From NCBI GenBank assembly GCA_004764695.1, contig SMSO01000032.1, positions 2,852,001 to 2,916,000 on the forward strand: DNA of 64,000 nucleotides, given 5' to 3'. The translations under genes and the position numbers were made by a program. Positions 26,578 through 38,505 of this stretch are shown piece after piece. The first letter of the stretch is position 1. Each line of letters begins with the position of its first letter. Source of the DNA: Schizochytrium sp. TIO01. Lineage: Eukaryota; Protista; Bigyra: Labyrinthulomycetes. The notes below the pieces were generated by a model, which did no database searches, was not told the origin of the DNA, and saw nothing but the letters and a program-made list of their open reading frames with translations.

Positions 26578-27699
26578 ATGGTTGCCGAAAACATGGAGTG
26601 GCAAGAAGAGGCGAGAGATATGAACGTGCGCAAGCAGCGCGTGGAGCTGCTCCTGAATATGGTCAAGGGTAGGGTAGGCGCACAGAACGTATCGCAAACA
26701 CCGACGGATCAACAGGTTCGCATGGTTAGGGCAATTGAACTGCTTTGTTACGCAAATGCACGCTCTCAGGAGGAGTACAAGGAGGAGGTTAAATTTATGA
26801 TGCTCTTGCACCGTGTGCTGGTAACCGAAGCGAAGAAAAAAGCATCAAGCGGGTCACCTTCAATCAAAAATGAGCGCGAACATGGAGTAAAAAGACCGCA
26901 CCCGCCTCCCAAGATGCCACCTAGTAAGCCTGCATCCGCATTAACTTACCGCTCCGGCCAAACCACGCAATCCTCATCATCATCCGTCTCCAATTCACCA
27001 GCATCCACTCCAATGTCGCACACATCAACGCCTTACTTCCCCAGCTCACAACCACTTTACAACATGACCTACACACAAGAACAAAAGGTCTCTTCCGGTA
27101 TGCCTATGGGTTCTAGTCCCTACGGTCAACCGCACCCTGGATACATGGCCGCTGGTAACCCCGGAATGGACCCCGGCATGGCTGCAATGCCCCCTGCCCC
27201 AGGCTCAGGAGGATATTCATACGTGGCTGTCGCTCCTTATGAACCTTGGGCAATCCCGGCGTATGGCACAAACGGAGGTTCTTATGGAGGCGCAGGTATA
27301 TCAGGTAACCCAGATTACACCGTACCTGGAGACGTGCATGCACACGCCATGCACCATCAGCAGCAGATTCAGCAGCAGCAAGCACAAGGCCAAAACTCGG
27401 GCAGCATGCAGCAGCAGCAATTCGCAGTTCCACCAATGGGAGCACGAAACCTTTCACCAAAAGAGATTAAAAGGAGGAGACTTTCCCAACCACCGCTTCA
27501 CCCCAATGGGGGGGCAGACACTATGGCAGTATCCCAGCCTCAAACCCTCGATGGAAACCGCCGAACCAATTCCGAGCCTGGTCACATCGATCTCACCCCG
27601 CGCCCCATGCAATCCTACGGAGAAGGCGGTGCATGGGTTGACGAAATGGCAGACTTTCTCTCATTGGTCTTTGACGATGATGGTGGAGAAATGAAATGA
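26578..27699 (+). CDS. KIX-like domain protein with S/P/Q-rich disordered region; probable transcriptional co-regulator
   Basis: 373-aa ATG ORF. The N-terminus (WQ...RKQRVELL...RAIELLCYANARSQEEY) resembles the MED15-type KIX_2 pattern. It also has poly-Q, a basic KRRRL NLS-like motif and an acidic-hydrophobic tail WVDEMADFLSLVFDDD. Confidence 0.7.
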   Translation: MVAENMEWQEEARDMNVRKQRVELLLNMVKGRVGAQNVSQTPTDQQVRMVRAIELLCYANARSQEEYKEEVKFMMLLHRVLVTEAKKKASSGSPSIKNEREHGVKRPHPPPKMPPSKPASALTYRSGQTTQSSSSSVSNSPASTPMSHTSTPYFPSSQPLYNMTYTQEQKVSSGMPMGSSPYGQPHPGYMAAGNPGMDPGMAAMPPAPGSGGYSYVAVAPYEPWAIPAYGTNGGSYGGAGISGNPDYTVPGDVHAHAMHHQQQIQQQQAQGQNSGSMQQQQFAVPPMGARNLSPKEIKRRRLSQPPLHPNGGADTMAVSQPQTLDGNRRTNSEPGHIDLTPRPMQSYGEGGAWVDEMADFLSLVFDDDGGEMK

Positions 27700-28743
27700 A
27701 GTGAATATTTCTAGCAAGAACAGAGAAGCCTACAACACATCTCTGGTTCACTACGATGAGATACCCTTTCTTCAAAGGTGCTGAGGGAAAAGGGTTTGAA
27801 TCAGCTTGTGTAATGTAAACCTCATTTCTTCTTTTGATGATTTGACCAATCTCATCCTTTATAAAAGTAATATATACCCACCCACCTTCAAACCATGCAC
27901 TCCGTATCCCCGACGGCAAAGCACTTTATTTTCTCGCGACGCATTCTCTAATGCCTTATGTTTCGCCCTCTTTAATTGTTCTTACAGTGGCAATAGCAGA
28001 CCATACACACGTTCCTCTATACACCATAGTACAATTTGCAGGCGAACCTTTCTAGTTGTTCGTTCTCCTGTTCCTCGAGTGTCTGTGTTGTGGATCTAAA
28101 AGGCCTTCAAAAAGGCTTCGGATTTGTTGGGAAGTGTGGTGACCACCTCTTCCTTTTAATGTAATGCTTTAGCCCTCCATGCAAATACTGTACTTCCTAA
28201 CTTCTTCACTGAACTTCTCATTTAAAATGGAAACGGTACGCAAGGATATTCGTATACATATAACCTACTAAAGCTTATTGACTTATGCATATCTTTCTAA
28301 GATGGTATAGCTCTTATTTCAAATTGATTTCTCGTCGTTGGCTGCCCTCCCTTTTTAAAAAGAAAAAAGTAAACTATTATAGGACACATCAAGTTATGCT
28401 CAAACGCATTCATATATTGACTCCAGTATCATACGATTAATCCTGTTGCCGACTTCATTTCAATTCCTGACCTCTTCGTATGAATATGAATCATGTTGCC
28501 AGTTGAATATCAATTCTGACCTCAAAGTTCGAATACAAATTTATGATTACAGTCTAACTTTTGCAAATATGGAGATAGTTTGCATATTTTACTAGGAGTG
28601 AAAAAGTGCATCACAGGTAGAGGAATTAAAGCAATCCCACAACACAATTTACTGTGAAATGAGCTTTAAAGGACGTTTATTTTGATCGTATCAGCGAAAA
28701 CCTGTGTTTTCCAAAAGGACGATTCAAAGAAATTTACATAAAC

Positions 28744-28781
28744 AGGCTAGTCTGCAACTTGTAGGCTAGTCTGCAATTTGT
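28744..28781. repeat. 19-bp tandem duplication
   Basis: aggctagtctgcaacttgt / aggctagtctgcaatttgt (1 mismatch), just 3' of the RING gene stop. Confidence 0.8.
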
Positions 28782-28800
28782 AGGGTCACGGCGAGTGACC

Positions 28801-29400
28801 TTACTGAATTAGACAATTCTCACTAGTGTGATCGAGTTTAGGGTCCTTTTCAAGTTTTTTCGCCATTTGCTTGAACTTCTTGCGAAAGCCAGGCGGTAAA
28901 TTTGGTTTTACCGCATGCAAGTACTCCCAATACTCTTCTAGTTCCTCTCCATCCCTGTACTCTCGAATACATTGAATCTCTTGCATACAAACAGGGCAAG
29001 CGTGCCATGTCGAGGTTGGTACCTTTGGCCCATTCTTTCGCCAAGGGCCAATGCGATGAGCTCTAATACACTTATCACACAAACATAGGTGATCGCAAGG
29101 GAAGAGAACCTTGGTACAAGGTCTTTCCTTGCTAGAACACAAACAACAGCGTATGTTTTCAGTATCAAACTTATGCGTTGCAATATTGCGGGCGTAAACC
29201 GCGCGTGCGACATGGTCCCTTGCTAAACCTAGATAGTCCGTTCGGCGCACCTCATCTTCAATATAGACCTCAAGGGCCTCACTTTTGGCTTGGTGAAAAT
29301 CTTCCTCAGTGTCATACTCTAACTCCTCCGCTGTTTCCCCTGTATTGAAATGGTCATCATCGTTCTCTGCTTCGTAGTCTTGCTCACTGGACGAATACAT
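28801..29400 (-). CDS. C3HC4-type RING finger protein (probable E3 ubiquitin ligase)
   Basis: CCLC...VLFPCDHLCLCDKC...CPVC matches the zf-C3HC4_3 (IAP/MGRN1-like) pattern; acidic N-terminus. First ATG is at 29400; an upstream exon cannot be excluded. Confidence 0.85.
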   Translation of the reverse strand: MYSSSEQDYEAENDDDHFNTGETAEELEYDTEEDFHQAKSEALEVYIEDEVRRTDYLGLARDHVARAVYARNIATHKFDTENIRCCLCSSKERPCTKVLFPCDHLCLCDKCIRAHRIGPWRKNGPKVPTSTWHACPVCMQEIQCIREYRDGEELEEYWEYLHAVKPNLPPGFRKKFKQMAKKLEKDPKLDHTSENCLIQ

Positions 29401-32072
29401 CTGTTGATCCACCTTGCGTCAGCGTTCTTGCCTGTACCAAGTTGGCTACGCTGAAAAAATGTATATATATATACTACCGTTCGGGTGGTACACAGAGCCT
29501 TTAGAACCAATCTGTGCTAGACTCACAACTCAACTTGTGAAGGCGCCCAAAGCAAGCGATACTTTTGGCAAAATAATAGCTGGCAAACTGTTACAACTAA
29601 TCAAGCATGCGCGACTGCAGTCACCGAGGCACAGCCACGCAGTTTTGAATTCTACAGGAAAACAAGAATTGCTTGCCTTGCTGCTGACACAACTTAAGCC
29701 GGGTTGGTTCACCCAAAGTATATTAGGTCTATGCTTTAAATTCGTGCTGCTATTGCTTGCTTTCCCTTTCTCAGATAGGTCCCTCTACTCTTCGTTGAAC
29801 TACAAGTCTCTACCGCAGCTCCTTCTTACAGTTCAAGTCCTACAAACCTTGCGAAAGCCTCCCTAAGGACACTAAGCTTAGATCAGAGGCCATGGAACGA
29901 GGCGCACAAAGGCCAGCGAGGTCGTCAGTGCAACTTCTCGAGACACCACAAACCAGGTTTGCGTGTGTGCGTCTATAGGTCGAGATCTGGCAACACCAGG
30001 CAAAGGATTTGCTACCTACTCGCTCCAGGACAGTGAAAAGGGTGAAGTTGGACCTGGACAAAACTCGATCGGTGCTAGCACACTCAATCCATGTCAAGGT
30101 GCTTGAGCAAAGTTGGAAAGTGTGGCACTTTTAGCAGCCTTGCATAGCTTAGTTTGAGGCCTGGATCCTGGGTCCTTGCCAACGGCTATTTCTGTACAGC
30201 CGTAATAAGAAACTCCAATCAAGGAAAAAAGAGAAGAAAAAAGAGTTGGAAGAATAATTCTACAGCTTGATATCAGAAATTGACTAGAAGTGTTTTTGCA
30301 AGCCAAAGAATATTCGCTAGGCAGGTTCCTCACATCATCCTTGCAACCTTTTCGCAGAAAGGCTTTGTATATTTGTATATAACAGACAAGAGGCCCGATG
30401 TATCTTTTCCCAGATTTATTTTAAAGCGAATTTTTGGATGCTAGTGCGGGGTTCTTGTCTTTAACTTAAGAGCTGCTGTGCAACGGAAGGAGTCTTCGCT
30501 TGCCTAGGTGGTCTCTTATTGCACGATAGTTTTTAACGAATGGACCCTTCCTGTAGGATTGGACTAGCGTAACTTAATGAACCGAGAAGCTATGGATTGC
30601 CAATAACAGACTTTTCAACGCCAGCAGTGTAGCTTGCTGCTAACTGTAACATTGTAGAAATACTTCATATAGCCTGACTGTTTCTATCGCAGTCCATGAA
30701 GAATTGCGGGATTATATGAACTTGGGTTCGTCTCAAGTATGTCTATAAAAAGGGAAAACACTAACACCTTAAAAAGTAAACTTCGCATTGTCGTTTCAAT
30801 TACGAAAACCACGTTGAATGCATATTGCTTAATCGATAGAGTATAAGCATTCAATCTAGTGAATTTTGGTTAAACAAAGTGCGCAAATTCACAACACAAC
30901 AAAGTGAATAAGTTACCCAAGAAGAAACATTTATGTTACAACAAGTACTACTCAAGGAAAGATTCAACTCACTCATGCCAATGATAATAATGCATCATGC
31001 TAAGGATTGTATAATGCCAGCCTTTATTGAATGCTCTAAATGATTGCTTTGCTGTTGCAAACTTCCTTTCACATTAAAATTTATAATTTCTAATTAGTAT
31101 TTTACATAAACCAACTCAATAGACAAGGCCCCTCAAAACGCTCAACACTCAGTGGCTCATGCCCACGGATCCTTGCATCCTGGAAAAACATTCTTTGACA
31201 GCATCTTCCCTTGATACTCCTGCTCCTCAAGTATTGAACGAACCACCTTGAACCTGTTTGGAAGAAATTGTTTTTACTACAAGAACTCAACAGAAAGATG
31301 CGTTGAATAGGTCTCTATCTCTATACCTAGTAGTACTAGTGTAAAGAATGTAATAATGATTATAATTATGGTTATAAATAAGAAAGAGAAGGGAAAAAGT
31401 GCAGGAGTCCAGTTGTCCAAGCATTAAAAACAAAGGTGTATGTTCTATCTAATCTTTTCTCACTTCATTCTGGATTTATAAATCCCTTCTTCCGAGAGTA
31501 GATGAACCGGTCGGATCAAAATATACGAGTTTCGTATATGTATTACTAAGTATGAGAAATTGGACATCTGGGTTATATCATCAAAGAAAAATAGGAATGC
31601 TATTGCGATAAGTTGCTATCTGTTTCCACTTCTAGAAGAAGTAGCCACGAATAAAAAGTTTCTGTTATCTCCTCACAGGTGCTCACAGGTGAGCGTTAGA
31701 TAGCGGAACTAATCACGCGTCTTGCCAGTTGCTTGGTTTTTCGTTTGGCCAAACATACAGCACTGGCGGTTATGAGGAATATTACAAGGCTCTATGTATT
31801 GGAATTTGAAACTGAGTCACCGGTTCGTGTTGGTGTGAGTAAGTACACTTATTCCAGCTTATAACGAAGCAGACGTAAATATCAGCAACAGGGATAGCTA
31901 CGCGAATCTGTGCCGAATTCTTTGACTGAGAGATCATTTACAGCGCAAACATGGACATACAGCAACAATCTTATCATATAAGGGCAGCTATTCAGACTTC
32001 TAGCTGAGGCTAGCTTATCTATATTCCTTGCCCTTTTCATTGGAGGAAGCAAAAGATGCTAGACTGGCTTAT

Positions 32073-33307
32073 CTATTGCCAATTTTCTTGAGCCCAAACT
32101 TCTGTTTTGACAATATCATGAGGTTTGGGATGCAAAGGGAAGTTGATCACTCTTGAACCATCAGGTGGTTCTTTGTTGTCACGAACATGTGTTTTGTAAT
32201 CAAGCAGTTGACCCGGGAATAGTATTTGCAAGGAATCAGCATGTTTTACTGTCATCTCTAACCAGAAATCAAGACGATGGACAACACTCGTGATGAACTC
32301 GATTCCGATTTTTGACAACTGGCCAAAGATTGCTTCTTGTAGCAAGAGCTGCCCGCGCGGGAATAGCATCACTGAGCTGTTGTACCCTGCTGTGCGATCC
32401 TCAGTTTTACTAAACTCGTTTGTATACAAAGTTGCAAATAAACCTTGATAAGATACAATTTCATCCAGACTACCTACAATAATAGTGTCAAGGTCAAGAT
32501 AAACAATCCGCTCATATCTTGACGGGATGTGCTTCTCCAGATGCCCAGAGAAAAGTGCAGAGGCTTTATGCCACCAGCCAGTCCAAGAATTCTCGGGTAA
32601 TGGTCGTGTTTCTCCTTCCACACCCTGTGGATCCTCAGTAAAACAAAAAAATCCGTGTTCAATACCTTGTAGATGCCTTCGAACGCTCGCCTGAAGCTTA
32701 TTTACATACTCAGCACTATATTTTGTACCCCATTTGACACATACAATAGCAAGTGGCGCAGGTTTACTTATTTTTGGGGGGGTGAAGAACGTTCAAGCTC
32801 TAAGCTTTCCAACTGATTGTTGTTTTTAGTCACATCGACATATGACGGTTTCCAAGATTCTGAAAGACAAGCGCGCTGTCTGATTGAGCTCCACGCTCGA
32901 TCGATAGCCTCATCGCTACGATTGAGACGACGGAGCGCGCTACCAAGGTTCCACTGAGCAACGTCATCATTCTTCTTCAAGTGTAGTACTTGCTCGCAGC
33001 ATTCCAAAGCCACGTTAAGATCCCTCAACGAACCACGTTTCAGAAGTGCCCCTGCAAGGCAGTTCCACGCCTCTACAAAAGATGGTTTCAACATGGCAGC
33101 TGCTTCAAAGTGGGCAATAGAAAGTGGCTTGGCTCCGAGGTCATCCCAAACACAGCCCAGGTTAAAGTGAGTTGCTGGCAAGGCTGGTGCTAAGTCAAGA
33201 GCATTCTTGAGCCCTACTAGTGCTCTCTTTGGCTGACCACGCCCCCTTACAACACCTGCAAGTTTCCCAAACGCACGCGCTCGTGATTCATCGTTTGGGC
33301 CTTGCAT
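32073..33307 (-). CDS. TPR-repeat + GT-A fold glycosyltransferase fusion (~411 aa), frameshifted at the homopolymer 32771-32782
   Basis: The TPR part (THFNLGCVW, EAWNCLAGAL, VAQWNLGSAL) stops at 32768. The adjacent frame reads PKISKPAPLAIVCVKWGTKYSAEYVNKL...FFCFTED and runs without a stop into WWHK, IVYLDLD (DxD), YNSSVM and KPH. Adding one base in C7/A5 fuses the two parts. The start (accATG, 33307) is uncertain. Confidence 0.8.
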
Positions 33308-34485
33308 GGTGGTGCCGTACCAGCTGCTCCACGTGTGTCCACATGGTATACTCTCGTCGTGGTTCCGACTTGCCCACGAAAACACAGTGTGCCCCGGCGG
33401 CACTGCAATCATTTTTCCTGCAGACATAAGTCCCCACCGCGATCTCAAACCTCGCTTGCTTGCCCTGTATCGCTCTCAACGTATTGGCAAGGCCACTTTT
33501 AACGTCAAAGAACTTCGTCCTGGTCCTGTGCGAAGGGTTGGAAGGTCCAATTCGTTGAAGTACCGCCTTGAACAAAAACCGTTTTCTAAAACAGAGCAAT
33601 CCCACATTAAGCCACTTGCATTACACCACCGACCACGTACACCAGAGCTGCAGACCCGTATTTGTCTTCGCAGGCGAGTCTCCAGCCCCAACTTTAACGT
33701 ATCAACAATCTGCCCATTGCAACTTCTTCGTCTTTGCTTGCCCAACATTCATTCGCTTGCTAAAAACAGTTGTGTTAGTACTACTTAGAACTGAGTACAT
33801 AAAGTAATGGGTCGTTAGTTTGAGGTATCAACGAAGAGCGCTGTTTTGGTGGTTAGCAGGACTTGGAATAAAGCAATCCCGCGATTTGCAGAGCGAAAAG
33901 CGCAGGCCGTGCACGGTCTTCTGCGATATATCTATAACCATGTACTTGCCAGACACTATGCTCGCGCATATCTAGGGATCGGGGTTCCAACGAGACTGCA
34001 GTTCCCATCTTGTGAACCATCTTGCTGTGATTTATGTTTTACTCTATCTGTAGTACATGCGCTCCCAAAGAAATGAATGAATGAATAATACCTTCGGCAG
34101 CGCATGAGATTTTCCAAAGACCATCAATAAATAAAAAGTAATCCAGCATGGAACTATGCATCTCCTGATGCCAGCGGCGAGCCAGGTCTGCGTGAATGCA
34201 AGAGCGTAGGAAAACTAACGTGAGCGGAGAGCCTCCGATTGCAGAGTTGCAATTGATGCAGCTTTGGGAGAGTGTGCGACCCAGGCCACTAAGACATCTT
34301 AGAAGCTCGCGACGACCAATGCTAAAAAGAAAGAAGTGTTTTGTTTTAAAATTTATGTGACGAGAGAGATCGAAAGGCACGAAGAAGGCAGCAGATTGAA
34401 TCACGAGCCACGCGATACGAAGCCAAGGCAGCGGCAAGCCTTCGAAGCACCGGGCTGCGGAGCCCGTGGCACGTCAACGCTCAGT

Positions 34486-34486
<1 letters not shown>

Positions 34487-34518
<32 letters not shown>
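34487..34518. repeat. (CAG)n trinucleotide repeat
   Basis: About 10 cag units, ~200 bp upstream of the 34722 ATG. Confidence 0.9.
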
Positions 34519-34721
34519 TTCAGCAGTAGCAGCTGCAAGTGCAGAAGCGGACAATTGTGTAGGCTTCTGGCGATCGCTAATTTAGTCCAGAGTTTGGGAG
34601 CAACACGAGGAACAAGCTCGCGGCCAGGGAGTAGGGACAAGGCAAAAAGGCTGATAGCAACTTGGGCATTTGGAGCGAGACTCATTTTATTAGCCCGTAG
34701 GACTCGACCGAGCAACAGGCG

Positions 34722-37700
34722 ATGAAGCGCTCTTGGGAGTCACCACAAGATGATGGGGACAACCAGCGGCAAGGCAAATACAGCAACGCTATACCCAGTA
34801 AATTCCAACGCAATAATTCTGACGCAGCATCTTCTGTCAACAGCAGAGGCCGAGGAGGCCGAGGAGGTCGAGGACATGCTTCTAGAGGCGCTCCAAGGGG
34901 CGCTCCAAGAGGCGCTCCAAAAGGCGCTCCAAGAGGCGCTCCAAGAGGCACTCCAAGAGGCACTCCAAGGGGCCTCTCAAGAGTTCCTTCAAGAGGCGCT
35001 GGTCGAGGTGCTCTGAGTGGTGCTGGTCGGGGCGACTCCTCGTTTCCTCCGTCGACGAGAGACTCTCAAAATAATGAGGAAAGCTCAGGCGGACGCGGAA
35101 GAGGCTTTAAATCGAATGGTTCCTTGCCGTATTCATTTGCTATTCGGGATAAAAGCACAGGCGACGATTTCGATGCATCGCAGAACAATCCTGCGAATAC
35201 CGGAGAAGATCCCGTTGTTGGTAATATTCTTGGAAATAGCAGCACTCTAAAGGATGTGCTTTCAAGGAATGTGGAATTAAATACAGTTCAGCAAGAGACT
35301 GACACTTTGGGCACTTTAAGACAAAAACATATTTTCTGGGGAAGCGAGGACTTGAATGCAGAAGAAGGGGTCTCAAAGAATGCTGTAAATGATAACAGCG
35401 AACATGTCGAGCATCAACCGAAAGCCATGAAAAGACAACTTTCTTTCTCAAGCAATAGCTCAGGAGTACGGAATGGGTCTCACCGAAGCTCGTGGAATGG
35501 CGATAATGATCGAAACTCAAGGTATGGCAACACTGATCGAAGCTCACATCATGGCGACTATGGTAGTCGCGGCAAGTATTCTTCAGATTATACAAAGGGC
35601 AACATCCGGCGTACTGATCGGACAGAAGTAAACAGAAGCTATTCGAATCCACGAAGGTCATCATCGCGTTCACCCCGAAGATCAAACGAGTATTCCCCTC
35701 GCTCAAGGGATAGCAAAGATCATAATCGGAATTCCGTGCGCTCTCCGAGGTCCCAATCACAACATTATGCAGATCAGCGAAGCCATGACAGTAGCTACTC
35801 AAGATCAAGTAAACATTACGACTCTCGGGGTCGTAGTAGGAGTCGCAGCCGGAGTCCAGTTAATCCTATGAGCAGCGCGACTTCCGGCACGCATACTGCA
35901 TTGCCAGATGCGCAAAGAATCTCCGAACCGCAAGTAAAGTCTACTGTTGAGTCTGCCGATTCGCCTAGAAAGACTCAGGAAGTTCAGAGCAGTAAAAAAA
36001 TTCCATTGAATGAACGCAAGCCTGCTGATACTTCTCGGGAGGAAAGAAACTCTCTTGTGTCTAGCCCGGTACCAAATAAAATGGATGCTGCTACAATGTC
36101 GGTGACGGCCAGAGCACCTCCTAATCATTCACCTCCTACAACAGAGAACATTGTGAAAACAGAAGATCACACAGGTTCTAACACTCAGAAGACAGATTCC
36201 GCAAGTTCTTCTGATATAATGAAAACTGTTTTGAAAAACATCGATCATAGTGAGAAATGGCGATTTCGTACTGATGATCTCATTCGGAATATTGAGCAGG
36301 GTACGCAAAATTTGAAATTTCGCGTCGAAAAGTTGGAGCTGAACACCGAACGACTTCGGAACCAACAAAATACTATACAGCGTACCTGCGACGAACTCAA
36401 AGAAAAACAGGTCGCCGCTGCCACCTCTTCTCTTTCCGAGCCACCCATGCCCGCCGATCTTGAAAGCTTTAAGTTGAGTATTATGTCGGAAATAGAGAAC
36501 CGGGTGATTGGTCAGACTGAAGCCAGCGCTTTTAGGCTTCAACGTAACTTTGAATTACAACTGAAAGAACTTCGAGATTCGCACCGCCAGCAACAAAAGG
36601 AGATGGCTGATAAATTTGAGAAAACGCTGGAAAGTCTTCGTGGAACAATCAAAAATTCACATGATGACCAGGAAAGTCATGTTAAGGCCTTGAACAAACG
36701 CGTTCTGACTTTGGACCAATCACTTGACAAAATGAGAGACTCTTATGGAGATCTGAAAAAGAGCATTTCTCCACCTTTTGATTTGTCCAAAGCAAAAGAG
36801 TATCTAGAGCTTAAGGAAAAAGTCAGACATCTTCGGAAGAAGCTTGCGGATCATGATAAGACCCTCAATGATCTTCAAGAAACAACTGAAACTATTTACA
36901 ACGACTTTGTCATGAAGGAGGCAAAGACTGCGGACGTCCGTGCTATCAATAAGATAACTCAGGATTCGAACGAATTAATGAAGGCACATTCCACATTTGC
37001 TGAAGCATCTGGCACTCAGGCTTTGCCGTCGAGCTCTTCTAGTGCGACTACGCAGAATAATCAAAGCAACAATCTACCGAGTCCGTTGACTGAGCCGACC
37101 GAAACCACTAGGCATATTAAGCGTGAGCCTTCAAAGCAAGATGTTTTGGTTATCTCTGACCCTAGTGCTTGGTCTCAGCACCAATCACACTCTTCTTCAG
37201 GTGGGGCACCTGCAAATATTCTTGCGTCACATTTGCAGCACCAACAGTCCTTTGGAAGTACTGTTTCGGCTACTGCATCACTGTCGTCTGTACAACAACC
37301 AGGTATGGAAAGCCCTATAGGGTCTACTCTGCCAAGACACATTGGCCGACGACCTCCTTCTCTCAAGAAAGAAAGTGCGCTCCAAGATATTATGAGCTAT
37401 TCGTATGCGGTAGAATTGTCACAGCAAAATAACAGCGTCATCTGGAGTTGCAGCAATATGACCCCCAGACCAATTCCGGGTCGTGAAGGAGAGTTCTTTC
37501 TTTGCCTCGCAGCGGGTCCCAATCCTAGTAGTGCTTCTCACCGAAAATGTTTACGTGCTGTACAGCACTATCTAACAGGAGTCATTGGCGTTGATGGCAC
37601 CTCTGCGATTACTGAACATTTTTCGCATCCAGATAACTTCGGCAAAGGTTTCCCTTTACATAAGGAAGAGTCTCATGGGCGAGTTTCTTTCAAGCTGCGT

Positions 37701-37982
37701 GCTCAAAGCGCCCCAGTTCTTTATGAGAATGCCACACTACGACCATCTGTGGATTTGCACACATTTAACATGCGCCCTGATGTCTTCCAGGAGCTTCGCA
37801 ATTCTCTTGACAGGGATTCAGAGGAGTATAAATCTTGGAGGGTTCGGTGCTCTACTCGAACCAATCAGTCTAGTGTGTATATCTTTGGAGCATTGCGTGA
37901 CGCAGACAAAGGGCCTGTGGCTAAAGTCTATTTTGTACTCGTTCGGTTTCACGTTGGATTCGAGCCAGGGGATCGATTTTAA
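34722..37982 (+). CDS. Hypothetical 1086-aa protein: RGG/RGAP repeats, RS-rich region, central coiled coil, folded C-terminal domain
   Basis: 3.26-kb uninterrupted ATG ORF with RGRGGRGGRG, RSRSRSRSP and heptad-rich segments; no family recognised. Confidence 0.85.
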   Translation: MKRSWESPQDDGDNQRQGKYSNAIPSKFQRNNSDAASSVNSRGRGGRGGRGHASRGAPRGAPRGAPKGAPRGAPRGTPRGTPRGLSRVPSRGAGRGALSGAGRGDSSFPPSTRDSQNNEESSGGRGRGFKSNGSLPYSFAIRDKSTGDDFDASQNNPANTGEDPVVGNILGNSSTLKDVLSRNVELNTVQQETDTLGTLRQKHIFWGSEDLNAEEGVSKNAVNDNSEHVEHQPKAMKRQLSFSSNSSGVRNGSHRSSWNGDNDRNSRYGNTDRSSHHGDYGSRGKYSSDYTKGNIRRTDRTEVNRSYSNPRRSSSRSPRRSNEYSPRSRDSKDHNRNSVRSPRSQSQHYADQRSHDSSYSRSSKHYDSRGRSRSRSRSPVNPMSSATSGTHTALPDAQRISEPQVKSTVESADSPRKTQEVQSSKKIPLNERKPADTSREERNSLVSSPVPNKMDAATMSVTARAPPNHSPPTTENIVKTEDHTGSNTQKTDSASSSDIMKTVLKNIDHSEKWRFRTDDLIRNIEQGTQNLKFRVEKLELNTERLRNQQNTIQRTCDELKEKQVAAATSSLSEPPMPADLESFKLSIMSEIENRVIGQTEASAFRLQRNFELQLKELRDSHRQQQKEMADKFEKTLESLRGTIKNSHDDQESHVKALNKRVLTLDQSLDKMRDSYGDLKKSISPPFDLSKAKEYLELKEKVRHLRKKLADHDKTLNDLQETTETIYNDFVMKEAKTADVRAINKITQDSNELMKAHSTFAEASGTQALPSSSSSATTQNNQSNNLPSPLTEPTETTRHIKREPSKQDVLVISDPSAWSQHQSHSSSGGAPANILASHLQHQQSFGSTVSATASLSSVQQPGMESPIGSTLPRHIGRRPPSLKKESALQDIMSYSYAVELSQQNNSVIWSCSNMTPRPIPGREGEFFLCLAAGPNPSSASHRKCLRAVQHYLTGVIGVDGTSAITEHFSHPDNFGKGFPLHKEESHGRVSFKLRAQSAPVLYENATLRPSVDLHTFNMRPDVFQELRNSLDRDSEEYKSWRVRCSTRTNQSSVYIFGALRDADKGPVAKVYFVLVRFHVGFEPGDRF
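34884..34973 (+). repeat. Coding 12-bp minisatellite (agaggcgctcca), about 7 copies
   Basis: Encodes RGAP/KGAP/RGTP repeats. Confidence 0.9.
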
Positions 37983-38505
37983 TCTGGGCCTCGATTTTGC
38001 CAGGTACTATTATTCATTTTTTAATGTTTTGGGGATGCTTGTTGTTTCTCATATATTTTTTTTTAAAATAATGCAATCGATCAAAGTACATGTGATATTT
38101 GAAGTGTCAACGTTCTATTTTTTGCTCTTACAATTCGTGAAAGGCTTCCCATCCACCAACCATAGCCTAGAAATGAACTCGAAGTTGGTCGTACAATGCA
38201 TATAAAAGTGTGATAGATTCAATGAACAATAAGATGATCCATATAATACAGGATGAAAAGAGATTTTATTGGATCAGGCTTTTTAATATACTTTACTGTT
38301 CTTTGCATTCCTTGTAAGCAAACGTACACTCTCTGCAACAATTCTTGTGTACATATGTAAATAAATATATAGTATTCTTAGACATGAGGTTGTTTAGAGC
38401 TACACGCGTCTATAGCATGAGGAAAGATAGCAATTCACGTTTCAATTTACAATTTCATCGGTTAAATATGCGACAGCTGTATTCGATTGTAAAGAAGCGT
38501 TGAAC

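Noticed and set aside
32768-32785. Programmed -1 frameshift at CCCCCCCAAAAA
   Set aside because: The zero-frame codons CCC CCC CAA AAA do not form an in-phase X_XXY_YYZ heptamer; a homopolymer error is simpler.
33449-33748. TGA read-through or selenocysteine joining ORF 33476-33748 to the TPR ORF (same frame)
   Set aside because: The upstream peptide is not protein-like and no SECIS-like element was seen.
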